Below, piece after piece: positions 1 to 8,197 of a DNA stretch of 64,000 nucleotides (positions are counted from its first letter, which is position 1; the number at the start of each line of letters is the position of its first letter). A program made the translations under genes and the position numbers. Source of the DNA: Actinomycetota bacterium (GTDB lineage: Bacteria; Actinomycetota; Actinomycetes; S36-B12; UBA5976); NCBI GenBank assembly GCA_041192345.1, contig JBEEND010000003.1:1054-65053 (forward strand), read 5' to 3'. The notes beneath the pieces are model-generated. The model searched no databases, had not been told where the DNA came from, and saw nothing but the letters and a program-made list of their open reading frames with translations.

Positions 1-402
1 ACCCATAGCAGTCATAGTTGCAGCCCAGTCACCCTGTGGATCCGCGTGACAAACCGAACCAACAAAAGTTCCGCGCGTGCGGACAATTGGATCGGAAACT
101 AGCGGAGCAGCTGCTGCGATTGTTGGCGCATGCTTTTCCATTAGAGCGCAGTTTTCAAGTTCTTCGTGGCGGCAAAGTGCGCCGATGTGAATGCTGCCAT
201 CTGGATCGACTCGGTGATAGTCAAGACCAGCAATGCCATTAATGTCCACTAGCATCTCTGGCGCGGAGAAACGAAGTTTGATCATTGGGATCAAGCTCTG
301 GCCACCCGAAATAATCTTCGCTTCACCAGCGTATGAATCTAGAATCGCTATCGCCTCTTCTAGTGTTTTTGGTGCCTCGTAACCAAATCTGGATGGATAC
401 AT
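1..402 (-). CDS. FAD-binding medium subunit of a molybdopterin (CO/xanthine) dehydrogenase-family enzyme (CoxM/CutM-like). First 134 codons only; the 3' end runs off the window.
   Basis: Absent from the ORF track because there is no stop in the window. Hand translation of the minus strand from the ATG at 400-402 gives MYPSRFGYEAPKTLEEAIAILDSYAGEAKIISGGQSLIPMIKLRFSAPEMLVDI.... The GGQSLIPM.KLR motif is typical of CoxM/XdhB FAD-binding subunits. A purine-rich GAAAGGAAAG run lies just upstream. Confidence 0.75.
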   Translation of the reverse strand, partial: MYPSRFGYEAPKTLEEAIAILDSYAGEAKIISGGQSLIPMIKLRFSAPEMLVDINGIAGLDYHRVDPDGSIHIGALCRHEELENCALMEKHAPTIAAAAPLVSDPIVRTRGTFVGSVCHADPQGDWAATMTAMG

Positions 403-458
403 TTCTTTCCTTTCAGTAACTTAACTAGTGTTCTAAAACTTTTATTTGCGCGGGAAAA

Positions 459-686
459 CTACTTGTTGTCTCTAACTGCAACTGGCAGATCATTAGCATC
501 TGGATCTGGTCGCTGTTCTTGACTAGGTGGCCATGGACCTTGCACGGGTTGTCCGGCAACTTTTAAGTACTCAGTAATTTGTGGCCAAGCCCAAATCGTT
601 GGCGACTTACCGGTCTTTGGAGCATTTTCGATCAAGGAGTAAAAGCGTGGATTTCCACGTTCTGCGCCAGTGGACTCAATTGCCAT
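459..686 (-). CDS. Hypothetical small protein (75 aa, Pro/Trp-rich), no family recognised
   Basis: ORF on the same strand, between the xdhC-like and coxM-like genes. AGGAGA lies 7 nt upstream of the ATG (minus strand reads gatactcAGGAGAaaaaaATG). Confidence 0.5.
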   Translation of the reverse strand: MAIESTGAERGNPRFYSLIENAPKTGKSPTIWAWPQITEYLKVAGQPVQGPWPPSQEQRPDPDANDLPVAVRDNK

Positions 687-839
687 TTTTTCTCCTGAGT
701 ATCTATGAGGTCAGTGCAGTCAAGATGTGTCACGACACTAGCACCACAACTGCATAAAGTTTGCAAGAATTGCAAAAAATCAAAAACCTTTACCTAAGCG
801 GGGATATCTCAGTATTTGGACGGGGGGAAGTCTCGTTGC

Positions 840-1733
840 TTATTTTTGCTTCAAAACAGAAATGACTTCGGCAATTACTGAAATTGCGATTTCAGCTGGC
901 GTACTTGCCGAGATTTTTAGCCCAGCTGGTCCATGCACCCGCGATAAATCAGTTACTTCTTGATAAGCCAGCCAGTCGGCGCGATCCTGCTGCATTTTTG
1001 CTGAGCCAAGCGCGCCGATATAGCCAGCATTACCCTCAATGGCAGCGCCTAAGTTTCGGCTGGACATTTCGACTTCATGGCCCATGATGATTGCTGCATC
1101 TAATGGCGAAAGTGAAGCTAACAGCCCGATTGCCAGGTCATTCCTCATAACCACTGAAACATTCCAACCCAAAGTTTTACCCAAAGCGGCGATTGCTTCG
1201 GCATTTGGACCTTGGCCAGCAACGACCAACCTGGTGACTGGGAATAGAACTGAGATGACGCGATCTGGGTGAACCTGGAAACCTGTAGTTCCCGCTGCAA
1301 ATAACTCAGCAGTTTGTGGATCTGCCGTTGAAATTGAGCTTTCATCAAATACGTCTACCCGAGTAACTTCATCGGCTATTAAGTGGGCAACTATTGCGAT
1401 CGGCACGCGATCAATCATGGCTGGCCAAGTGTCCGGATCAAAAGCGTCAGCTGGCACGATTAGGAACTGGGCATTTGTGCCAACCGGGATTCCGGAAATA
1501 GTTGCTTCAAATTCGTTAACAAGTACGTTTAACAATCTTCCAGACGGAAGTTTGCGATTTGAATAATCTGACATAACGCCATCGAAGGCGCCTTCAAAGA
1601 TTTTTCCGATGCGTCCGCCGCCTGGAGTGAGCGCCAAAGCATTCACACCTAAATTGGGTGAGACTAGCCAAGCAATCTCGGCTCGAGTCTTAGATCGAAC
1701 ACAAGCATTAATACTTAAAGCGATGTCATACAT
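840..1733 (-). CDS. XdhC/CoxI-family molybdoenzyme maturation (accessory) protein
   Basis: 297 aa. The N-terminal XdhC_CoxI-like region (ALALTPGGGRIGKIFEGAFDGV) is followed by a Rossmann-like segment (VVAGQGPNAEAIAALGKTLGWNVSVV). It sits next to the CoxM-like gene. Confidence 0.75.
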   Translation of the reverse strand: MYDIALSINACVRSKTRAEIAWLVSPNLGVNALALTPGGGRIGKIFEGAFDGVMSDYSNRKLPSGRLLNVLVNEFEATISGIPVGTNAQFLIVPADAFDPDTWPAMIDRVPIAIVAHLIADEVTRVDVFDESSISTADPQTAELFAAGTTGFQVHPDRVISVLFPVTRLVVAGQGPNAEAIAALGKTLGWNVSVVMRNDLAIGLLASLSPLDAAIIMGHEVEMSSRNLGAAIEGNAGYIGALGSAKMQQDRADWLAYQEVTDLSRVHGPAGLKISASTPAEIAISVIAEVISVLKQK

Positions 1734-1779
1734 GAGATCAGTATAAGTAGTTGCAAATTGCCGAGGTATTACGCCTTAA

Positions 1780-2745
1780 CTAAGGGCGGTGCGGCATGAT
1801 CGCATCCACTGGGATGTGGCCGAAGCGACCCTTTTGGTAATCCTCCATAGCCTGCATAACTTCTTCTCGAGTGCTCATCACAAATGGGCCGTACTGGAAA
1901 ACCTGCTCGCGCAGTGGGATGCCACCAATTAGGAAAATATCTAGGGTTTCGTGACGCGCATCTTGAATTTGATCGGCCTGTATCCGAATGTAATCGCCAT
2001 CTACAAGCACTGCCATTTGGCCTGTTTGAATTGCCTGACTAGCTGGCCCAATATTTCCGGCGCCATTTAATACATATGCCAGAGCGTTGAAGTCGGTGCG
2101 CCATGGAATATCTACCCGAGCTCCTGGTGCTAATGAGATGTGAGTAATTGTGATCGGAGTGTGAGAAATTCCAGGTCCAGAGTGACCATCAATGTTTCCA
2201 GCAAGTACGCGAACTAATGCGCCACCATCACTGCTTGTTACCATGGCCGAATCCAAACCCTGCAAATCTTGGTAAGCAGGTGCAATTCGTTTCTTGGCCT
2301 TAGGTAAATTAATCCAAAGCTGTACGCCATGAAAGATTCCACCAGACATAACTAAATCTTCAGGTGGAGTTTCGATATGCAAAATGCCATCGCCCGCAGT
2401 CATATACTGCGTGCCACCTTCTTTAATAATGCCGCCACCGCCATTGGAATCTTGGTGCAGGAATCGGCCATCCATTAAGTAGGTGAAAGTTTCAAAACCC
2501 CGATGTGGATGCCATGGTGTTCCCTTTGGTTCACCTGGCAAGTATTCAACTTCACCCATTTGATCCATGTGAATAAATGGATCAAGATCTGCTGTCGGAA
2601 TTCCCGCAAATGCTCGGCGAACTGGAAAGCCCTCGCCTTCGTAAGCCTGTGGCGCACTCGTAATCATTTTTACTTTGCGAGCTTTTGAATCTGGAGCCAC
2701 TACTAGTCGTGGCAAAGTCAATGTGTCGGCAGTAATTGCGGGCAT
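1780..2745 (-). CDS. Pirin family protein
   Basis: 321 aa with pirin N-terminal cupin signatures (WHPHRGFETFTYLMDG..HQDS.G..G.I..GG.QYMTAG.GILHIE) plus the C-terminal pirin domain. AGGAGG RBS before the ATG. Confidence 0.9.
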   Translation of the reverse strand: MPAITADTLTLPRLVVAPDSKARKVKMITSAPQAYEGEGFPVRRAFAGIPTADLDPFIHMDQMGEVEYLPGEPKGTPWHPHRGFETFTYLMDGRFLHQDSNGGGGIIKEGGTQYMTAGDGILHIETPPEDLVMSGGIFHGVQLWINLPKAKKRIAPAYQDLQGLDSAMVTSSDGGALVRVLAGNIDGHSGPGISHTPITITHISLAPGARVDIPWRTDFNALAYVLNGAGNIGPASQAIQTGQMAVLVDGDYIRIQADQIQDARHETLDIFLIGGIPLREQVFQYGPFVMSTREEVMQAMEDYQKGRFGHIPVDAIMPHRP

Positions 2746-2762
2746 GAATGCCTCCTAAGGCG

Positions 2763-2782
2763 GTAGTTGAACCTTCAACTAC
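2763..2782. promoter_or_regulatory. Perfect 20-bp palindrome GTAGTTGAA-CC-TTCAACTAC in the pirin/cupin divergent intergenic region. Candidate operator or 5'-UTR hairpin.
   Basis: Read directly from the sequence. It lies 18 nt upstream of the pirin start codon and is flanked by direct CTCCTAAG copies (2752-2759 and 2782-2789). The first copy overlaps the pirin RBS. Confidence 0.4.
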
Positions 2783-2874
2783 TCCTAAGTGTACGTGCCC
2801 ACCTGAGTCAACGCAACTGGTATTGCCATAATTAACCGTACTCTTTGCATTAAGCCCAAATAGATGGAGAAATT

Positions 2875-3258
2875 GTGGAACCCATTGTTCGTCGTTTGTC
2901 CCAAGGTGACTGGTCCGGGTGGCCAGATGACCAAGTTGCTGCGCGCGGCAAAGTCACTTGGAAAGCGCTGCAGGGCGTTAATGATGACGAAGATACCGAC
3001 ATGGTCCTGGGAGTTGCGCGAGTTTTCAAAGGTGAATCCCTGGAAGCTCACCGGCATTTGCAGCCAGAGACTTATTACGTATTGAGCGGAAAAGGCAAAG
3101 TCACAATTGAACACGTTGAGTATGAAGTAGAAACTGACACCATGGTTTACATTCCTGGCGATGCGCTACATCAAATTAATAATTACGATGACGAACCACT
3201 TCGGATTCTGTACTTATTTGCTACGCCACATTTCGCAGACGTAATTTATAAATTTTAG
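2875..3258 (+). CDS. Cupin domain protein
   Basis: 127 aa with a GTG start and GGAG 6 nt upstream. Cupin metal-motif-like segment EAHRHLQPETYYVLSGKG...YIPGDALHQ. Confidence 0.75.
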   Translation: MEPIVRRLSQGDWSGWPDDQVAARGKVTWKALQGVNDDEDTDMVLGVARVFKGESLEAHRHLQPETYYVLSGKGKVTIEHVEYEVETDTMVYIPGDALHQINNYDDEPLRILYLFATPHFADVIYKF

Positions 3259-3263
3259 AAACT

Positions 3264-4043
3264 TCAGGCGGCGTAATCTGGCTGGCTGCGATCTAACATT
3301 CGCTTTAAGGCTGCAAAATGTAGGTCAATTCGACTGTAGCCATTTAGATGTGTGGAATCCTTAAACTGCTCAACGGTTAAATCAACGATGTCTTTTGGAA
3401 CTTCGCGGATCATCTGACCAGTTGATTGTGCAAGAACTTGAACTTCCGCAGTGCGCTCAAAGAAATAAAGATGATGGAAGGCCTCAGCAACTGTTGCACC
3501 TGTTGTCACAATTCCATGATTACGCAGCAACAGGATCGACTTATCCCCTAGCGCACGCGTCATTCGCTCACCTTCCGAGCGATCAAGTGCCAAGCCGTTG
3601 TAATCACAATCGTAAAAAACATCATCGCGATACCCAAGCGCATTTTGGCTTGCCATAACTAAATCTGGTTCATCCAACATTGCAAGGGCAGTTGCATAAG
3701 GCATGTGAGTGTGCAGAACTGCTCGTAATTTACGGGCGCTGCCATGCATTGGAGCATGAATGAAGAACGCAGTTTCTTCAACAAGTCCATTACCTTCATA
3801 AACTGTGCCATCTAAATCAACGATCATAAAATCGCTGGCCTGCATTTCCGACCAGTGCAATCCAAATGGCGCCAGAAAGAATCGATCTTCATAACCTGGC
3901 ACCAGCAAAGTGAAGTGATTATCGATACCTTCGTGAAAGCCATAAAAGACCGCTAGTCGATGCGCAGCTGCTAAATCAATTCGGGCTTGCCGAATTGGAT
4001 CTGGATCAACCCGCAACATTTCGTCTGGTGAAGTTAGCGACAT
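3264..4043 (-). CDS. Class II aldolase/adducin-family protein (aldolase, dehydratase or decarboxylase; substrate unknown)
   Basis: 259 aa. The N-terminal AAHRLAVFYGFHEGIDNHFTLLVPG and the His-rich metal site region (HAPMH....LHTHMPYATA) are typical of the family. It begins 3 nt after the ureohydrolase gene ends. Confidence 0.85.
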   Translation of the reverse strand: MSLTSPDEMLRVDPDPIRQARIDLAAAHRLAVFYGFHEGIDNHFTLLVPGYEDRFFLAPFGLHWSEMQASDFMIVDLDGTVYEGNGLVEETAFFIHAPMHGSARKLRAVLHTHMPYATALAMLDEPDLVMASQNALGYRDDVFYDCDYNGLALDRSEGERMTRALGDKSILLLRNHGIVTTGATVAEAFHHLYFFERTAEVQVLAQSTGQMIREVPKDIVDLTVEQFKDSTHLNGYSRIDLHFAALKRMLDRSQPDYAA

Positions 4044-4046
4044 GGT

Positions 4047-5012
4047 TTAGCCCTTCTTATCCGTAACGTTTAGTGCCATTAGCGACATGATTTCATAAGC
4101 TAGCGTCGCTGCAGCGAGTGATGTGATTTCTGCATGATCATATGCTGGCGCTACTTCGACAATATCCGCGCCAATCATTTGTTCCCGTGGCATCCCGCGA
4201 ACCAGGCTAAGTAATTCGCGTGAAGTAAACCCGCCCATTTCTGGAGTTCCGGTACCTGGGGCAAAAGCTGGGTCCAGAACATCAATGTCAATAGATAGGT
4301 ACATCGGGCAATCTCCAACGCGCTTTTGTGCCAGCCCAATAACTTCGGCCACGCCCATGCGATCAAAGTCTGCAGCGCGCACTGTGGAAAATCCAAACTT
4401 CTTGTCATTAACAAGGTCTTGCTGGTCGTAAAGCGGACCACGAATACCTACGTGAAGTGACTTATCTTCGATCAGCAATCCTTCTTCGAAGGCGCGTCGC
4501 ATAAAAGTTCCATGTGTGCGGTCGGCGCCAAAATAACTATCCCAAGTATCAAGGTGGGAATCGAAGTGAATCATGGCAATAGGGCCATGAACTTTTACTA
4601 ATGCGCGAAGTAATCCCAGCGTTACTGTGTGATCGCCACCAAGAGTCACCAGCTTGCGACTATCACTGACTAACTCACTTGCACCATCATCGATTTGCTT
4701 AAGTGCGCTATCGATATCAAATGGATTGCAAGGAATGTCGCCCGCATCAACTGCTTGAATCGTGCGAAACGGGGCAACTTGTAAATCAGGGTGATATGCC
4801 GGACGCAAATGTCGGGATGCCTGGCGAATTGCCATTGGACCAAACCGAGCACCTGGCCGGTAGGAAACTCCACCATCAAATGGCGCACCAAGAATCGCTA
4901 CGTCGTAATCTGAAACTTGATCAATGCGCGGCAATCTGGCAAAAGTTGATTCGCCTGCAAAGCGCGGGACTTTCGTTCCTTCAACAGGACCAACGATATC
5001 TTCTGGTTTCAT
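4047..5012 (-). CDS. Ureohydrolase (arginase-family): agmatinase or guanidino-acid hydrolase
   Basis: 321 aa with the Mn-binding motifs of the arginase/agmatinase family: GGDHTVTLG, HFDSHLDTWD, SIDIDVLDPAFAPGTGTPE.GG. Confidence 0.85.
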   Translation of the reverse strand: MKPEDIVGPVEGTKVPRFAGESTFARLPRIDQVSDYDVAILGAPFDGGVSYRPGARFGPMAIRQASRHLRPAYHPDLQVAPFRTIQAVDAGDIPCNPFDIDSALKQIDDGASELVSDSRKLVTLGGDHTVTLGLLRALVKVHGPIAMIHFDSHLDTWDSYFGADRTHGTFMRRAFEEGLLIEDKSLHVGIRGPLYDQQDLVNDKKFGFSTVRAADFDRMGVAEVIGLAQKRVGDCPMYLSIDIDVLDPAFAPGTGTPEMGGFTSRELLSLVRGMPREQMIGADIVEVAPAYDHAEITSLAAATLAYEIMSLMALNVTDKKG

Positions 5013-5027
5013 CTGTACTGCTTCTTA

Positions 5028-5396
5028 CTACTTGTTAAACCGACGAATTACAAACATTTTACGAATTGGCTCGTGCACAACCCAAGTTCCGCGCCAGCCC
5101 TCTGGCGTCACAATTGTGGAATCAACTTTCAATTCAACGACTGTTCCGTCCTCACCAGTGATTGTTGCTCGGCCACTCAAGATCTGTGCGATTTCGTCAT
5201 AACCATCGCGATGCACAATAAATGTGCCCGGCGAGCATTCCCAAATTCCAGTTTCAATTGCAGTATCTGGTGAAGTCCAAGCCATCAAGATTGATTCCAT
5301 TTGGCCATCTATGCTGTTTGGCTTTAGCGCGGCTGGTGGCACTGCAATCTTGCTGCCAGCAAGAACTGTGATTGTGGGCTCGATGCGTTCTGACAT
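5028..5396 (-). CDS. Cupin_3 (DUF861/EutQ-like) small cupin protein
   Basis: 122 aa. The GIWECSPG...DEIAQILSGRATIT..DG......GD....P.GW.G.W.V motif is typical of DUF861 cupins. First gene of the cupin-ureohydrolase-aldolase operon. Confidence 0.7.
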   Translation of the reverse strand: MSERIEPTITVLAGSKIAVPPAALKPNSIDGQMESILMAWTSPDTAIETGIWECSPGTFIVHRDGYDEIAQILSGRATITGEDGTVVELKVDSTIVTPEGWRGTWVVHEPIRKMFVIRRFNK

Positions 5397-5522
5397 TTGT
5401 TAATACCTTTCAAGAATGAATACCCCAAGTGTAGGGCGAGGATGTCCCTTGATTCAGGGGTGGTAGATCCGTGTGGCCATCTGCAAGGCTCAGTTTGCCG
5501 ACCGATAAGGCACAATTGCGTT

Positions 5523-6113
5523 ATGGCCAAACCAACTGACATCGCCTTGCTAAGTCGCCGCGCAATTACTTCGAGCTCATTGCTCTTGGGTACCGTTTGG
5601 CTAGCTGCCTTGGCTTCGGTATCGGGCGCGCAAAGCTACCGGGATCAATTGGATGCTGGCGTTGAAACCGAAAAGATTTTAACAACTTATGATTCTCTTG
5701 CCTCACTTGTTCCAATCGCAATGATTGTTGCTTGGATATTCACCACTCGCTGGTTATACGAACTTTACAAAGTTGCGAAAGAGACCAACCCAACAGCTAT
5801 GAGATTAAAGCGGCCGTGGATTTTTTGGGGCTGGATTGTTCCAGTGGTTTCGCTTTGGTTCCCCAAGTTAATGATCGAGGATCTATTGAAGTTTCGTAAC
5901 TCCGAACAGAGCAATGAACTCATAGGGCGCGAAACCCTAACTTGGTGGCTAACTTGGGTTGGCTTTGCTCTGGTAAATAATGTTGGAATCGTTACGGCGT
6001 TTAGTGCCCCTGATGGTTACATTCCCATTCGCCCAGAACTTGAGATTGCTGGCGCATGCATTTTGACTGCCTCTTACATTGTTTGGGCACGAATCGTTAA
6101 GGCACTCAGCTAA
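5523..6113 (+). CDS. DUF4328-like integral membrane protein
   Basis: ORF 5397-6113 trimmed to the ATG at 5523 (MAKPTDIALL...). Several TM segments and a Trp-rich WIFWGWIVPVVSLWFP motif resemble DUF4328. The start is uncertain. Confidence 0.6.
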   Translation: MAKPTDIALLSRRAITSSSLLLGTVWLAALASVSGAQSYRDQLDAGVETEKILTTYDSLASLVPIAMIVAWIFTTRWLYELYKVAKETNPTAMRLKRPWIFWGWIVPVVSLWFPKLMIEDLLKFRNSEQSNELIGRETLTWWLTWVGFALVNNVGIVTAFSAPDGYIPIRPELEIAGACILTASYIVWARIVKALS

Positions 6114-6125
6114 ATACTGCAAAAC

Positions 6126-6944
6126 TTAGCGCGAAAAAGTCTTAATCAAATTAGAGCGTAAGAAAAAGACCACCAAGATTGCAACAGCCAACAAGATTGC
6201 ACTAACCACAAATGCGCTGCCTTGATCAGATTCTATTGCCGAGTAAACCGCCATTGGCATTGTGCGAGTAACACCTGGCAGTGAACCAGCAAACATCAAG
6301 GTTGCGCCAAATTCGCCGAGTGCGCGAGCCCAAGCTAAGACAGCGCCGGCGATTAACCCAGATTTAGCAAGTGGTAACGAAATTCGCCAAAAGACCTTTG
6401 CGGGTGGCGCGCCAAGTGTTGCAGCAGCCTCTTCGACTTCTATCGGAGTCTGACGAAACGCAGATTCCAGTACTAAAACTAGAAATGGCATGCCAACAAA
6501 AATCCCAGAAACAATTACCGCAGTTGTCGTAAATGGCATCGAATAACCAGTTGCTTCATAGATGTATTTTCCGAACATGCCATTTCGCCCCATAAGAGTC
6601 AACAATGCGATGCCAGAAACCGTTGGTGGCATAACAAGTGGGGCAATAACTATCGGACGAATCCACCTGGTTCTTGCTTGCGGTCCACGCGCTAAGTACC
6701 AAGCAAGTGGCACTCCTAAGAAAACTGAGATAACTGCGGAAATTGTCGAAGTCACTACCGAAACTTCTAGCGCAAGTAAGACGCTTTTCGAAACTGCTAT
6801 TTCAAAAAATGAACTCCATGGGACTCGTGTTAACAGCGCAAGGACCGGCAATGCCAGAACAAGAAATCCAGCCAGCGCAAGCAAGGCAAGGCCAGGATTT
6901 AGCTTTGCGCTCCCTTTTGGATTATTAGTTTGGCGGCGCATCAA
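6126..6944 (-). CDS. modB: Molybdate ABC transporter permease
   Basis: 272 aa multi-TM protein with the BPD-transporter EAA-like loop (EEAAATLGA...FWRISLPLA). Overlaps the 3' end of modA by 20 nt. Confidence 0.85.
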   Translation of the reverse strand: MMRRQTNNPKGSAKLNPGLALLALAGFLVLALPVLALLTRVPWSSFFEIAVSKSVLLALEVSVVTSTISAVISVFLGVPLAWYLARGPQARTRWIRPIVIAPLVMPPTVSGIALLTLMGRNGMFGKYIYEATGYSMPFTTTAVIVSGIFVGMPFLVLVLESAFRQTPIEVEEAAATLGAPPAKVFWRISLPLAKSGLIAGAVLAWARALGEFGATLMFAGSLPGVTRTMPMAVYSAIESDQGSAFVVSAILLAVAILVVFFLRSNLIKTFSR

Positions 6945-7698
6945 AACCCGCCGCGATTAAAACATCTTGGCCTGATTGCGCTAGGACAAAAGCTACAAAG
7001 TCTTGCGCAGCTGAGCTTGCCTCATTTGATGTGCCAATTGAGTAAGAAGTTGCTGCGCTGACATTATTGCTAAATTCCAGCGACGTTAAATTTGAATTTG
7101 CAAAAACATCTGTCAGATAAACGATGGCTGCATCTACTTCGCCAGCTAAAAGTTTATTCAAAACCGAATTCACGTCTGGTTCAAGTGATTTTGGTTGCGC
7201 AGTTACCCCATCTATCGCCAATGCTTCATCAGCTGCTGCCCCACATGGGACTTGATGGTCACACTGAATCCAAATTAAATCTTTGCTATTCAAATCTCGC
7301 GAATTCATAATGTTTTTTGGATTAGTAATTGGATAGGCAATCACAACTCTGTTTCTTGCAAAAGTTTTTGAATTAGGAATTTCATTTGAAACACTAAACA
7401 TTGCTGAACTAGACGCTGATGCAAAAACATCTACTGGCGCGCCTTGTTTGATTTGTTCCGCAAGTGTCGCGGATCCAGCGAATGAGATCGTGACTTTGAC
7501 GCCAGGATTTGCTAATTCAAACTTGTTAGAAATTTCCGTAAAGGTTTGAGTCAGACTGGCAGCAGCTAAAACGATGATTTCGGTATCGGCGCTTGGGGCC
7601 AAACTCTGTGTTGCGGTATCGGCGCTGTCTGAACATCCAGTTAGTGCGAGCACACCTGCCGTCAGTAACGCAATTTTCTTGGCTAGCACCAGTTCCAA
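6925..7698 (-). CDS. modA: Molybdate ABC transporter substrate-binding lipoprotein
   Basis: 257 aa with a lipobox (LALTGCS) and ModA-type motifs (VLAAASL...F..... ....SFAGS..L..QI..GAP.DVFASA). Confidence 0.85.
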   Translation of the reverse strand: MELVLAKKIALLTAGVLALTGCSDSADTATQSLAPSADTEIIVLAAASLTQTFTEISNKFELANPGVKVTISFAGSATLAEQIKQGAPVDVFASASSSAMFSVSNEIPNSKTFARNRVVIAYPITNPKNIMNSRDLNSKDLIWIQCDHQVPCGAAADEALAIDGVTAQPKSLEPDVNSVLNKLLAGEVDAAIVYLTDVFANSNLTSLEFSNNVSAATSYSIGTSNEASSAAQDFVAFVLAQSGQDVLIAAGFDAPPN

Positions 7699-8088
7699 CT
7701 AACCTTTTTCGATTACAACGTCGGTAGATTTCACGCTAGCAATTGCTTTACTACCAACTTCAAGTGCCAATGCGCGAGCAGCGTCAGCTGTAATCATGCT
7801 GACTATGTGATTTTGGCCAGATTGGATTTCAATAACTGCAGCTAAGCCCTCAATCTCGACTCTGGTTACGATTCCCACAATTCGATTGCGCGCACTTACC
7901 GATGCACCGCGCTCATCTCGGAATTCTTTAGCCAACTCAACTGCCAATCCAGCCAGCGAAGCGCCATCCACGCTTTGGGGTCCTTGGCCAGTTGCTGACT
8001 TAAGGCGGCCTGATTCCACCCAACGCCTGATCGTGTCATCGCTCACGCTTAATAGGGCTGCTGCTTCGGAAATACGGAAATGAGGCAT
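7699..8088 (-). CDS. MerR/excisionase-type HTH plus TOBE (Mop) domain protein, putative molybdate-responsive regulator
   Basis: 129 aa. The N-terminal HTH (ISEAAALLSVSDDTIRRWVESGRL) is followed by a C-terminal TOBE/molybdopterin-binding-like domain (SARNRIVGIVTRVEIEGLAAVIEIQ...). Its stop directly abuts the modA start. Confidence 0.75.
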   Translation of the reverse strand: MPHFRISEAAALLSVSDDTIRRWVESGRLKSATGQGPQSVDGASLAGLAVELAKEFRDERGASVSARNRIVGIVTRVEIEGLAAVIEIQSGQNHIVSMITADAARALALEVGSKAIASVKSTDVVIEKG

Positions 8089-8197
8089 AATCTGTAATTA
8101 TTCACCGTATTTCGTGAAAAATCAACCTAATAACGGCGAATTAGCCTGAGTAACCAGTAACTTTGGCCAGTTTCGAAAGGAACTCTGCTAACTTCTT

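Noticed and set aside
18-242. 74-aa plus-strand ORF at the window start
   Set aside because: It lies antisense to a much better supported minus-strand CoxM-like reading frame (1-402) and has no recognisable motif, so it is a shadow ORF.
5397-5522. Possible guanidine-type or other riboswitch in the 126-nt spacer upstream of the cupin-ureohydrolase operon / DUF4328 gene
   Set aside because: I could find none of the conserved cores I remember, on either strand: the ACGR tetraloop pair of guanidine-II, the guanidine-III ACGAGG pseudoknot motif, or ykkC features. Only short generic AGGG/CCCT hairpins are present. An Rfam scan would settle it.
8089-8197. Moco riboswitch or ModE-type operator upstream of the mod operon
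   Set aside because: The spacer (109 nt) is shorter than a Moco riboswitch and lacks its conserved motifs as I recall them. Only an imperfect CCGTATTT...AATAACGG inverted repeat is present, which is too weak to call.
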